This document shows, piece by piece, positions 43,901-52,700 of a DNA stretch of 64,000 nucleotides. Position numbers and translations under genes: made by a program. Position 1 is the first letter of the stretch, and every line of letters starts with the position of its first letter. The notes beneath the pieces were generated by a model. The model had not been told where the DNA came from, ran no database searches, and saw only the letters and a program-made list of their open reading frames with translations. The stretch comes from Harriotta raleighana (lineage: Eukaryota), in NCBI GenBank assembly GCA_050575255.1, contig JBNZDD010013726.1, positions 1,900,409 to 1,964,408 on the forward strand. Direction: 5' to 3'.

Positions 43901-46900
43901 AAACTCTAAAAATGCAGTCATATTCAGTGGTTGCCTTGTCTGGGGGTCGACCAGGATCTGAAAGCAAACCTTCTTAGCAAATTTTATGTGGTACCAGTTA
44001 TGAAGGGGACCAGTTCACTTTACACAGTAATCCAGTGGAGCTAGATAGGACCAGAGTCAACGTACAAGTATGTTACTAAGCTAAGAAGTGTTGATTAGGA
44101 GCTGTCTGCATTACCTCAGGGTTCACTGTTGAAGGTGGTTCTGGATGATTACCTGAGGTTGAAGAAGCTCTTTGCAGCCCGACTGGCACATAAATCTACT
44201 GGCAGTGGTGATCAGTCGTCCCTTACAGAGGTATATGTGGTGTGAAAACAGCCAGTTTGCAGTGTGATGTGTGGGCTTGCTGTGTTTTAAATATTTGGAG
44301 TAGAAAAGATGAAGAATTTCAAGAAATCCTGGTAACATATCTTGAAGCATTATGAATCCTTGAGTTTTACAGCATCAGCAAAGGATTGCTGGGAGAGCGT
44401 AATGAGCAGTAACTGAATCAAAGGGTTCATAAATCTATATATAAATAATAAATAATAAGTGTTGTCATAAATCCTTCTAGACGTTTACGGCCTTCTTCTG
44501 AGCCTCTGAAATTATAATTGCGGTGTTGAACCTCAAACTGAGATACTCACCACAATTGCATGGCAGCATTCAATCACACTAGCAATTCTTTCCATTATTC
44601 ACAAGGACAAACTTAAGGATTCATTTTGCCTGACAGATGACGGTTTTACTTGTATATGTATTTTTTTTCCACTATGAACTTCACATTAGGGTTTAATTCA
44701 ATTTGATCTTAGAAAAAATGTCTACCCTGATCACTTATAATAATAAATAATAACAATTGTGTCATTTGATATAGCTCTTTTCACGTCTTCTAAACATCTG
44801 AAAGCACTTCACAGAATAAACTGCAAAGTGAATTGACTGCATATGTTGCGGACAAAATGTGGCAGACAATTGCGCACAGCAGTGTCCTAAAAATAGTCGT
44901 GGATTGAAATGATCCTGTTATTATTTTTTTTCTCTTGAGGGATTATTATCAGGAATGTGGAGTAAGGAAATTTGGTCAAGGTTTCACCCTGCCCTTGAAT
45001 CGAACCCAGTATACTTGCTTGCAAGGCGAGTGCTCTAACCACTGAGCTACAGGGCTTCATAAGTACAGTAAAATCTTAGTTATCCGGCACCCTCAGGACC
45101 TGACCGATGCCGGTTAATTAAATATGCCGGATATTCGAGTGGCAAATTGCCGAACATCCTATACAAAAAATTAACTTATTTTTAAACATACCATATTAAT
45201 AATAGACTAAATAATAACAGAATATTGTATGGATACTTACCGATAAAGCATTCCAACACACTCGGTAAAATGATTGGCAAAAAAGCATTTCAGCGTTCGG
45301 TAAGTTTAATAAATGCTCATGCGCCACGAGCATACCGGATACCGGTTGGTTGGGTACTGGATAAACAAGATTTTCCTGTATTACTAAGCTTGCTATTTAT
45401 AAGCTTATTTTTCTAACTGGGAACCTCCCAAGAAAATTCTTTGTTAATCACTAGGTAATATGAGACATAGCACTGTTTTCTTCACAGATACGTTAATACA
45501 ATGTTAATTTTTATGATTAGCAAATGATATTTTCAAAATTGATCCTTTTTAAACAAGACAAGTCTTTTAGCACTAAAGACTGAAATGCCACTAGAGTTCT
45601 TGCATTGATTGCAAGGTTTTCCCCTTGTTGATATTGATTTAATGTATTATCTTCTCTCAAGAGGGTGGCCAGGTGCAACTTACTCTCTACAAAAGCACTT
45701 AATGTTCCATCAACTAATTCTTAAAAATAATTGTGTAATCACCTCAAGACAGCATTTCAACTTGTATGGAATGGGTGCCTAGTCAAATACCATATTTTAT
45801 AAGTGATTCTGTGCTGCTGCTTGAGATTGTCTGCAACAGAGATTAGGTCATGTACTACTTAAATAGTTCAGATATGGTGATTAATTTTTATAGAGTTTTT
45901 ACTTGATTGCCTTTGGGATTGAGGGAATATCCATGCCGCCATTTCCCCTAAATGCAGGCTGTGCATAGATGGGAGTCAGGATAAAGTAGGATTTGAGTAG
46001 TCTGGAAAGTTTGGACTTGATACCCTGATTCCTTGCCCTCCATCCCTCTCTGATCCCAATAAGGAGCTTGAGTGCAAACCCCTTATTATCAAGGGAAAGT
46101 CCTCCTTTTGTGAAAGACAATAGGGTGATCAAAAAGTCATACCATTACAATGAGGTCCAGTCATTTCCAAATAATTTGTTTAAAACATATAGCATAGCTG
46201 AAAAATAAAGACTTCTTGATCACCCTGTAAACACAATTTGTTGTTTGTGTTGTTGTTGATGCACTGGAACATTATTTCATATTACGTATTTGGCAAATTT
46301 TCATTTAGCTGCCTAAACCATCGTATTGCATCCTTCTCACACATCACAACAGTCTGCATAATCTAAATTTGTTTAATGCAAATATTTATGTAGAGGTAAT
46401 AATTAGAGAATAATTATCATTTAGTAAGTTTGTTTTAGAAACTATTAGTGTAAAATCAATCGAATTTGAGATGCGTTTCTATTCAATGTAAAATAACCCA
46501 AATTAGTTTAAATAGAGGTTTGGTTAGATAAGTGTGATGGGCATGTTTTGTGTTCTTGAGATTGCAGATGTTGCACACAAGCAGATCCACATTATTTTGC
46601 ATGTAATACTTGGAACTTAAATGTGATTTCTTCCATTACAGTTGATTCCCAGCGATATGGACGAAGATGATGAGAAACCTATGAGTCGAGGTACACTGCG
46701 ACTCAAGCACAGACACCCAGTAGAGTTCAAAGGCCCCGATGGCATCCATGTGGTACATGGAAGCACAGGTACTCTCCTAGCCTCAGACCTCAACAGTTTA
46801 CCAGAGGATGACCAAAAAGTACTGGTAAGATCTTTAGAGACTCTGAACACCGACAATGGGAGCTACAATGATAGGAATGCCAGGACTGAGTCTGCAAAAT

Positions 46901-46965
46901 CCACTCCGATGCACAAAATAAAAGAAACTATCATGGATGCCCCATTGGAAATTACAGAACTTTGA
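7704..46965 (+). CDS. CDH23: Cadherin-23, 3' portion (32 coding exons, about exons 39-70 in human numbering; 5' part lies upstream of the window)
   Basis: Spliced translation gives cadherin repeats (DxNDN, DRE, xPxF motifs) collinear with human CDH23, a TM helix [24 protein letters not shown], cytoplasmic [30 protein letters not shown] and C-terminal PLEITEL*. All introns are GT-AG and exon phases are compatible. Confidence 0.98.
9241..9360 (+). CDS. CDH23: CDH23 exon (~40), [28 protein letters not shown]...LTSTTT
   Basis: ctctag|GGT...ACA|gtgagt; 120 nt. Confidence 0.95.
9601..9720. repeat. 120-bp near-perfect palindrome with no spacer
   Basis: 9661-9720 is the reverse complement of 9601-9660 apart from one mismatch near the centre. 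Confidence 0.92.
10120..10980 (+). mobile_element. L2-clade LINE fragment, degenerate reverse transcriptase to 3' region
   Basis: [27 protein letters not shown] motifs, then [15 protein letters not shown], typical of L2 ORF2; frameshifted. Confidence 0.9.
10985..11137 (-). mobile_element. Same SINE family, 5' (tRNA head) half
   Basis: CTTGCAAGGCGAGTGCTCTAACCACTGAGC is the reverse complement of the head. Confidence 0.75.
11260..11440 (+). CDS. CDH23: CDH23 exon (~41), [15 protein letters not shown]...[10 protein letters not shown]...GDPL
   Basis: ttgtag|GTG...A|gtaagt; 181 nt. Confidence 0.95.
12023..12055. repeat. (GT)n microsatellite
   Basis: Direct observation. Confidence 0.9.
12858..12991 (+). 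CDS. CDH23: CDH23 exon (~42), [23 protein letters not shown]...LSST
   Basis: gtacag|AT...ACG|gtcagt; 134 nt. Confidence 0.95.
14002..14211 (+). CDS. CDH23: CDH23 exon (~43), [17 protein letters not shown]...FFINET
   Basis: gttcag|GTA...ACG|gttaag; 210 nt. Confidence 0.95.
15229..15336 (+). CDS. CDH23: CDH23 exon (~44), [36 protein letters not shown]
   Basis: ctgcag|AGC...AGA|gtaatt; 108 nt. Confidence 0.95.
15798..16860. mobile_element. Non-autonomous Tc1/mariner (Tigger/pogo-like) MITE carrying an internal L2 + (GA)-rich insertion
   Basis: TIRs CAGTAAAACCTTGTTTATCCG / CGGATAAACAAGGTTTTACTG; TA target duplication on both sides. Confidence 0.88.
16030..16462. repeat. GA/GGA purine-rich low-complexity tract
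   Basis: Repeated GGAGAGATGGAGG-like units; includes the internal repeat GGAAAGCATAATGGAGC. Confidence 0.85.
18063..18165 (+). CDS. CDH23: CDH23 exon (~45), [19 protein letters not shown]...ENSRA
   Basis: tgctag|GAC...G|gtaggt; 103 nt. Confidence 0.95.
18320..18445 (+). CDS. CDH23: CDH23 exon (~46), [16 protein letters not shown]...FFTIDRTR
   Basis: ttttag|GT...G|gtgagt; 126 nt. Confidence 0.95.
20344..20547 (+). CDS. CDH23: CDH23 exon (~47), [13 protein letters not shown]...[10 protein letters not shown]...ENSPS
   Basis: ttccag|GT...G|gtacaa; 204 nt. Confidence 0.95.
21777..22238 (+). CDS. CDH23: CDH23 exon (~48), [12 protein letters not shown]...AFGINFET
   Basis: ttgtag|GT...G|gtaaag; 462 nt. 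Confidence 0.96.
24828..24944 (+). CDS. CDH23: CDH23 exon (~49), [38 protein letters not shown]
   Basis: gtccag|GA...G|gtaagc; 117 nt. Confidence 0.94.
25717..25941 (+). CDS. CDH23: CDH23 exon (~50), [20 protein letters not shown]...LEDPAA
   Basis: ttttag|CT...G|gtatgt; 225 nt. Confidence 0.95.
26487..26656 (+). CDS. CDH23: CDH23 exon (~51), [22 protein letters not shown]...SSYQ
   Basis: ccacag|GG...CAG|gtcact; 170 nt. Confidence 0.95.
27245..27840 (+). mobile_element. SINE interrupted by a CR1 3'-end insertion
   Basis: Head at 27245-27358 and body/tail at ~27670-27840 flank a CR1-like segment. Confidence 0.8.
27359..27668 (-). mobile_element. CR1-clade LINE 3' end
   Basis: ATCATAGAAT..AAAGGAGGCCATTCGGCCCATC is the reverse complement of a typical CR1 terminus; a related fragment lies at ~28222-28350. 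Confidence 0.7.
27964..28101 (+). CDS. CDH23: CDH23 exon (~52), [11 protein letters not shown]...FGINPTT
   Basis: atacag|AAG...ACG|gtaagt; 138 nt. Confidence 0.95.
29010..29129 (+). CDS. CDH23: CDH23 exon (~53), [29 protein letters not shown]...RRENSVQ
   Basis: atcaag|GGG...CAG|gtaata; 120 nt. Confidence 0.94.
29769..29946 (+). CDS. CDH23: CDH23 exon (~54), [18 protein letters not shown]...IEGPGA
   Basis: ccatag|GTG...G|gtaaaa; 178 nt. Confidence 0.95.
30623..30834 (+). CDS. CDH23: CDH23 exon (~55), [10 protein letters not shown]...PPLWGTT...NGTILHIME
   Basis: tttcag|AT...GAG|gtaata; 212 nt. Confidence 0.95.
31392..31583 (+). CDS. CDH23: CDH23 exon (~56), [28 protein letters not shown]...[10 protein letters not shown]
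   Basis: ttctag|GAG...AAT|gtaagt; 192 nt. Confidence 0.95.
31785..31890 (+). mobile_element. SINE 3' tail fragment
   Basis: CCACAAAATATACAGTCAATTCACTTTACAGTATATTCTGTGAAGCACTTTGAG...GGATTATT. Confidence 0.7.
32073..32186 (+). CDS. CDH23: CDH23 exon (~57), [38 protein letters not shown]
   Basis: ttccag|CTC...CCC|gtaaga; 114 nt. Confidence 0.95.
33260..33389 (+). CDS. CDH23: CDH23 exon (~58), [15 protein letters not shown]...[22 protein letters not shown]
   Basis: tatcag|AGA...G|gtgaga; 130 nt. Confidence 0.95.
33827..34084 (+). CDS. CDH23: CDH23 exon (~59), GDPGHNFQL...DLDRET...[21 protein letters not shown]...EYTA
   Basis: atgtag|TT...G|gtgagt; 258 nt. Confidence 0.94.
34744..34905 (+). 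CDS. CDH23: CDH23 exon (~60), [25 protein letters not shown]...VFII
   Basis: ctctag|GT...G|gtagga; 162 nt. Confidence 0.95.
35204..35460 (+). CDS. CDH23: CDH23 exon (~61), [22 protein letters not shown]...[13 protein letters not shown]
   Basis: tttcag|GG...CAG|gtagtc; 257 nt. Confidence 0.95.
36295..36392 (+). CDS. CDH23: CDH23 exon (~62), [32 protein letters not shown]
   Basis: ttacag|TTT...CG|gtgagt; 98 nt. Confidence 0.95.
37425..37592 (-). mobile_element. SINE 3' half
   Basis: Reverse complement of the family tail and body. Confidence 0.78.
38193..38352 (-). mobile_element. SINE 3' half
   Basis: Reverse complement of the family tail and body. Confidence 0.75.
38455..38650 (+). mobile_element. 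Degraded L2 fragment
   Basis: CACAAGCTGCAGATCATCCAGAAC..GGATCAAATTCAAGATCCT, similar to 10690-10820. Confidence 0.65.
38902..39022 (+). CDS. CDH23: CDH23 exon (~63), [27 protein letters not shown]...DDMTALQ
   Basis: ccgtag|T...CAG|gtaata; 121 nt. Confidence 0.95.
39500..39792 (+). mobile_element. L2 LINE 3' fragment
   Basis: [34 protein letters not shown]. Confidence 0.85.
39821..40236. mobile_element. Uninterrupted copy of the same MITE (~416 bp)
   Basis: TA|CAGTAAAACCTTGTTTATCCG...GGATAAACAGGCTTCTACTG|TA. Confidence 0.88.
40922..41001 (+). CDS. CDH23: CDH23 transmembrane exon (~64), [26 protein letters not shown]
   Basis: ttgcag|ATG...GT|gtaagt; 80 nt; hydrophobic helix. Confidence 0.95.
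41434..41474 (+). CDS. CDH23: CDH23 exon (~65), [13 protein letters not shown]
   Basis: catcag|G...G|gtaagt; 41 nt. Confidence 0.93.
42080..42140 (+). CDS. CDH23: CDH23 exon (~66), [19 protein letters not shown]
   Basis: gtttag|GT...GG|gtgagt; 61 nt. Confidence 0.94.
42655..42784 (+). CDS. CDH23: CDH23 exon (~67), [43 protein letters not shown]
   Basis: tcgcag|G...CAT|gtaagt; 130 nt. Confidence 0.95.
43116..43238 (+). CDS. CDH23: CDH23 exon preceding 'exon 68', [26 protein letters not shown]...REGPIK
   Basis: ttaaag|GGT...AAG|gtatgt; 123 nt. Confidence 0.95.
44120..44230 (+). CDS. CDH23: CDH23 alternatively spliced 'exon 68' equivalent, [37 protein letters not shown]
   Basis: cctcag|GGT...GAG|gtatat; 111 nt, phase 0-0; N-terminal half nearly identical to recalled mammalian exon 68 ([19 protein letters not shown]). 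Confidence 0.93.
44740..45060 (-). mobile_element. Full-length SINE
   Basis: Tail through tRNA head (TGAATCGAACCC..GAGTGCTCTAACCACTGAGCTAC) in reverse orientation. Confidence 0.85.
45066..45378. mobile_element. Related shorter MITE
   Basis: TA|CAGTAAAATCTTAGTTATCCGG...GGATAAACAAGATTTTCCTG|TA; shares the TAATAATAGACTAAATAATAACAGAATAT internal motif. Confidence 0.8.
46642..46965 (+). CDS. CDH23: CDH23 last coding exon, ...[16 protein letters not shown]...PLEITEL*
   Basis: ttacag|TTG; TGA stop at 46963-46965; class I PDZ-binding motif ITEL. Confidence 0.96.
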   Translation: MIPSDMDEDDEKPMSRGTLRLKHRHPVEFKGPDGIHVVHGSTGTLLASDLNSLPEDDQKVLVRSLETLNTDNGSYNDRNARTESAKSTPMHKIKETIMDAPLEITEL

Positions 46966-47084
46966 CAGGAACACACTTGCACCTAAAGTAATCAATTGTT
47001 CCGAGTCTTTGCCACTAAGGTCTGGAGTTCACCAACACTGCATCGAGTGGCGGCAGTGCTGGAAACAGGGGAGCCAGTTTAAAG

Positions 47085-47238
47085 AATAAACTCTTATTAC
47101 TGAATAAACAACTAAGATTGGGGGTGGGTGGGGCGATGTTGTTAAATGATGTATTTGGCTTCCTAAAAGAACACTGCCATACCTGCAAGAGTTTGCTCCT
47201 GCACGAATAAAACATGAAGGATCACTGAGATGAATAAA
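47085..47238 (+). terminator. Cluster of candidate CDH23 polyadenylation signals
   Basis: AATAAA at 47085, 47103, 47205 and 47233 downstream of the stop; further copies at 47912 and 48491. Confidence 0.45.
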
Positions 47239-48006
47239 TAATTTGCCTGTTGATGAAATCTCAAAACGAAAACATGGACTGGAATTCAGAAAGTAATGTG
47301 TGCGAGTACATCTAGAATGTGTGAAACCTCCCACCCTAGCCCTGGCCACATACAGTACTTGTAGTCTGATTTCACTGTTGTCAATTTTCCTTATGACAGA
47401 ATTTAAAAGGATATAAATGAAGCAACCAAGATTATAATTTCTCATAGCACAAGATATTTGGGGGATCAGTGTTCTGGTACCAGTTAAAAACTGACAGGAA
47501 TAATAATTTTTCAGCAAGGTTTTGTAATATTTGCTGTGCTCAGTGTATTGTGGGTTTCTATCTGGTGACCTTTTTTAGTTTGTAAAAGAGGCGCATTTCC
47601 CATGGTGGGTTGACACACCTTAGCATGTTCGGTGGGTAAGTGAGGACAGTCACATTAATTTTGAATGACAAAATAATTCAATATAGATAGTCAAGCAATG
47701 GTCAACATGAAGAGATTATCATTGTGTTCTTTTTCAAACAATTGAGTTGATGCAATTAGATCAATTGTAAGGCTTCATTTTCTGTCTTTAGGATAAACCA
47801 CGCATTGAAGTAATAGCAGATAAATTATAGATGCTCATAAGACCTTAACGGATTTTGCAATTTATTTCGGTTCTTTAAATATAGGGATCATTTTGACTGT
47901 TGTATTATTAGAATAAAACCCTGATGACATGATGTGATCCTATATTGTGGATTCCCATTCCTTTGTACCTCCAGCTATTATTTCCTGTATTGTTTCCAAC
48001 TATTCT

Positions 48007-48313
48007 GAGTCCTGCATCTCAGTGGTTAGAGCACTCGACTCGCGAGCAAAAGTCCTGGGTTAAATTTCAGGCAAGGCAAAACCTTGGGCAAGTTTCCTTA
48101 TTTCACACGCATAATAATCCCTAACAAAAAATTATAATTTGGTCACTCAAACCATAAATGTTTGTGAGACACTGCTGTGCGCATTTGCCATTTTGCCCAC
48201 AAATATACAGTCAATTCACTTTACAATTTCCGTGAAGCACTTTAAGACGCCTAGATTATTATTATTCTTGAAGATTTGATAAGACTGCTATATAAAATGC
48301 AAGGATTATTATT
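48007..48313 (+). mobile_element. Full-length SINE between CDH23 and BLOC1S2
   Basis: CTCAGTGGTTAGAGCACTCG head, family body, GCAAGGATTATT tail. Confidence 0.82.
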
Positions 48314-49779
48314 GTTGCATATTGGTGTTATTCTTTGGTAAGGAAGAACTTTTATAAATGTGAATAGAATATTTGGGAAATCCAATAATAATAATCCTTT
48401 TGGTTTTGAGATTTTGCACAGAAGTACAGATAAGCACATTAATTGACAGTTATTTATAAATGGAAACATACATTTGCTTGCCAGGAGTACAATAAATCAT
48501 TTAATTTCATTAACATTTCTGTAACATTTTAAATACTATGAACAATACAATCCATCTGGTTACCTTATGTTTATAAACTTTATCTCTCAAGAACAGACCC
48601 TCCCCAGATTGGAAAAATCTATGGTAAAGGATCTATGTATTATCCATTTCAGTATTGTGTTCAAGGCTGTAAATCTCCATTAATTTGATTTGTTTACTTC
48701 CAGCTGACTGAAATATCACAGTCTACTTTGTCGATAATCTTCATCAAGCCAGTTGCTCCTGTTTACAAAGAAACAGTCTTGGTCCTGCTCATATTAGATT
48801 CTTTCCAGCTGTACAGAATAGCAACATTTCTAACATAAGCCTGAGTTTTAAGAACAATAGTTCTTGGGAGGTAATTGATGACTAGTATCACAAATAGAGG
48901 CACAAAATTAGAATGCGTCAATAATCACAACTGAATTAATTTTTTTTCAAAAACGCAGCTTGATTTTCTAACATTTCTTTTGAAAATCTAGAAAATGTTA
49001 AGAATTGGGTCGGACTGAATTACAGACTACCAATATCAAAATATCAGGTGACTATTAAGCTAACATTTCACTAGAATATATGTTTGCATGTTACCCTTAC
49101 CATCAGGTAGTAATTTGCTTAATAAATATAATTAGTCTATAGTACATGAATTGGGATACTTTTTCCACTATGCTACGACTGTAGCTTGTCAAAGGTGTTG
49201 CATTCAAGCTATATTCGATTATGGTCACACAATGATTGCGATACAATTTTAGATCAATACTTAGACCAAGAAAGTCACTTTGCCACTGCAAACAAAACAA
49301 ATAAGGCAGGAGTGAACCTGAAACACCTCAATTCCTATCTTCATAGTTTGCACTTTACCTCTTACAGAAATTGTTCAAACCAATATGAGAAGTATCACTT
49401 AAATAAACGGTTGCAGTAAGCAAATGATTTCAATAGTTAAAAACTGCAATTTCCTATTTCCCTGAAATGGTAAGAAAGTGATGTGTCCAGTCCAAAAGAT
49501 TTTCGCTTTACCTTAACATTGAGTTCCGATGTTTCTTATACAAATTAAAAATCATAACCGAGAGAAAGAGTCAATCTTCACTCCTTGTAGCATTTTATCA
49601 TTGCAGATTTCACCAATATTCTCTTCTTCTACTGGTTAGAATGTTTTTAGGTTCATTCATTCTCCAGATTTTGTTCCATCTGTTCACAAGATCAAACTAG
49701 GAATTGATCCACATTTCAAACATTCATTCCACCATTACAGGCTGATCATCTGCAGCGAGTCAGACAGCACTCCTAATTC

Positions 49780-52700
49780 TCATCTCTTTTCTAGTTTCTT
49801 AAATTTGGCTTCTGTGAAAAAACAAAGCACAGCAATATGTAATTTAAACAGGAATTCAACAGGCTCGTAAGAATAAGCATTTGCATTTCTACTTCAGAAG
49901 TATTGTACACCTACAGAGTCGTTACACTTTGAAAGTTTAGGCACAAAATAAATCCCCCAAGTTACTTGGAAATTATCTCACTGGTCAATTAGTTAGGAAC
50001 CCCTTAAAGAAAGGAAACAACTTCCTGTTTAATAACACAGTCCTGGGATGAATTTCAAGTTCCTGTTCAAACCCTCTCTGTATGTTCAATTTTCCTCATT
50101 TTTATGCATCACTGAGATTCCTTATCAATTATTAAATTAATCTGGACCAACACAACACCAAAATTACACTTGATTAGCACCTTTCACATCAGGAGGACAT
50201 CTCTTGAGAAAAAGCAACATGTCTTGATGTTCTCGAGGTAAAGTCCAATGCCATGCACCAGGTGGACTCACAAGCAAATGCTTAATCCAAGTATTCATGA
50301 GAGGGGTTTTAACAATCGTGTGCCCACCAGACTGAAGGGTATTCACTGAGCAATCAGTGTAGGCCAGAGCCTTTCCTCCCTGCAGCATTTCCCTTAACCA
50401 AAAATTTACCTCACAGGTTTGCCCTGACTTTGCAAGTGGGCCAAATGAAATCCTTTTGGTTTAATGCCCAGGAGCTCTGAACACCACAAATTTATTGGGG
50501 CAACAATATCATTAAAGAGAATAAACAAAATAAAGTGCCTGTATACATGTACTGCAATTCTGAAGTATAAAATCCTATTTGTATTCGATTACATGCCATT
50601 ACTCATATATAACATTCACATGAAATTAAGTGATAAAATTACTAGTCCTACCCAGCCTTTTGGAGTATGCGTCCAGTCTGTAAGCTGCTTGTTCCAGAGC
50701 TGCTACTCGTTCCTCAATCTGATTAATCTGATCAAGGTACGGCTGCAAACTGGCATCTAGGAAACACATCATAGAGGTTTCAATTAACTGCAAGGTCGCA
50801 CAAGAAAATGGAAACAATAGATCATTAGACATGATCTGAAGAAAATATTCATTTAGTGGTAGAGTGGAATTAAAAGTTTAATAGGACAACTGATAATTTT
50901 TTATAATACTTAAAAAAGTTATCCAAAGTTTAAAAATTGCTTCCATCTTAATATAATTGGTAGCTTTACTTTTCTATACCCTACTAAACTCTGCTAATTT
51001 AACTGATGACCTAAAGCCTATCTGGGACGGACTCAATATTATCCTGGAGGAAAGTCTTTGGGTGATAATCAAGTGAAAACTGAATATAGACAGTTTTTCC
51101 TTTCCTAAGTGTCCCAAGCCAGTAGCAAGGGAGCATTGTGTGTGGCAAATGCAAGGATTATTATTATCATGCTTTAACTGCACTTTAAAAAATTAACTAC
51201 CCTACACAGCATCTAGAAAATATAGTAACAGCTTATCTTGCTCTTTTATTGACACCTTCATCATTGTTGAGAGGAGCACAGAGGAGAAAAGATCAGGAAC
51301 AAATTATTCTCTTACCCCTACCCAACACCTCTCTCCAAAAATCTTGTTGAACCAGCATTCTACCATTTTGAAACTTCAACTGTACAACTAGCAAGCTTCT
51401 TTATATCCAACGCCTGTTGATAACCAACCAGATTTCACACATTGCCTCTCACAGCCTATCCACAAGCCCACCCAACAGGCCTTCAAATATTTCAGCATTG
51501 GGTTTCAATAAAACATTTAATAATGGTTAAAATAAGTGGTAATAAAGCAAAAATCACCCCCATCACAAACTGTTGCTAAAAGTAATCCACAAACCTCATC
51601 ACTCCAAACATTAAAGTTACACAACCGTACTCTACAAAATTGCATTTCAAGGAGATAATATGCAACTATTTCCAGTAAGATTCCTTCATAAGGAACCCAG
51701 AAGTACTTAAGTAAAAAGGAGGATCCCCACTCCTAAGTGGTCTAATTTCAGAGCTGAGTTCTCATAGGCCAACATGATGTATTTTGAAACTTCATTTGGT
51801 TTCTTTGAAAGTCAAAAATGGGAACGTTATATATTAGTGTCAAATAAAAAGGCATGGGTGGGTGATTGTAAAACAAGCATCCTCATCAGCTGCATCAAAG
51901 GCATTATTAAAAACGAGCATTAGTAATCTGTTCAGTGCTGTTTTGTACAACCAACAAAACTGATTTAACTGATGACCTAAAGCCTATCTGGGACGGACTC
52001 AATATTATCCTGGAGGATAATCAATCATCACTGGCAAAAAAAACAACTTACATTCATTATTGAGGTCCTTGAGGTTACGACTAATATTTACAGCAATATC
52101 CTTCATCTCTAGGTATTTAAGACTGGTCAATTTATTCATGTTCTCCAATAGTTTATAATCTTCACAGGTAGCTGAAATACAACAAGTTCGACGTATCATT
52201 GAGTAAACATATTTCCTTGTTACTCGCAGTTTAGAAGGTTTTGCATTTAGCAGTGAAAACAGAAACAAATGAAGGCTCATTAGTTATAACCATAAGCATT
52301 TATTAAATTTGTAAAGAACTATAACCACCTAGTGGCTGATGTTTCAATGACGGATTACAGTATGAAACTGGCGCAGTGTTATTTTACCAACAACATTTTG
52401 CATTTATATAGCGCCCTTCACACCAGATGGCATCTTCTATAGAGCGCTATCAACCCAAAAGACTGGAAAAATTTACAATAACTTGCATTCTTTCACACAG
52501 AATCAATATCTCAAAGCATTACCAAACCGGAAGAAAGTGTTTAACTTTAACATAGTAACTTTGTGAGAAGATCAGACTGATCACAGGGCTACTATGATTG
52601 TACCAAAATGATAAATATTCCAATCTCACAATGATGAAAGATTGATAGGATTCCTAATTTTTTCCTGTACACCACAGCAGTTAACATCAACCAACCTGTG

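Noticed and set aside
46966-49779. PSAP expected downstream of CDH23
   Set aside because: No saposin-like cysteine-pattern exon was seen in the ORF track or by reading the sequence.
50997-51051. C/D snoRNA suggested by TGATGA in the 55-bp repeat
   Set aside because: The motif is antisense to the host gene, and there is no well-placed D box or terminal stem.
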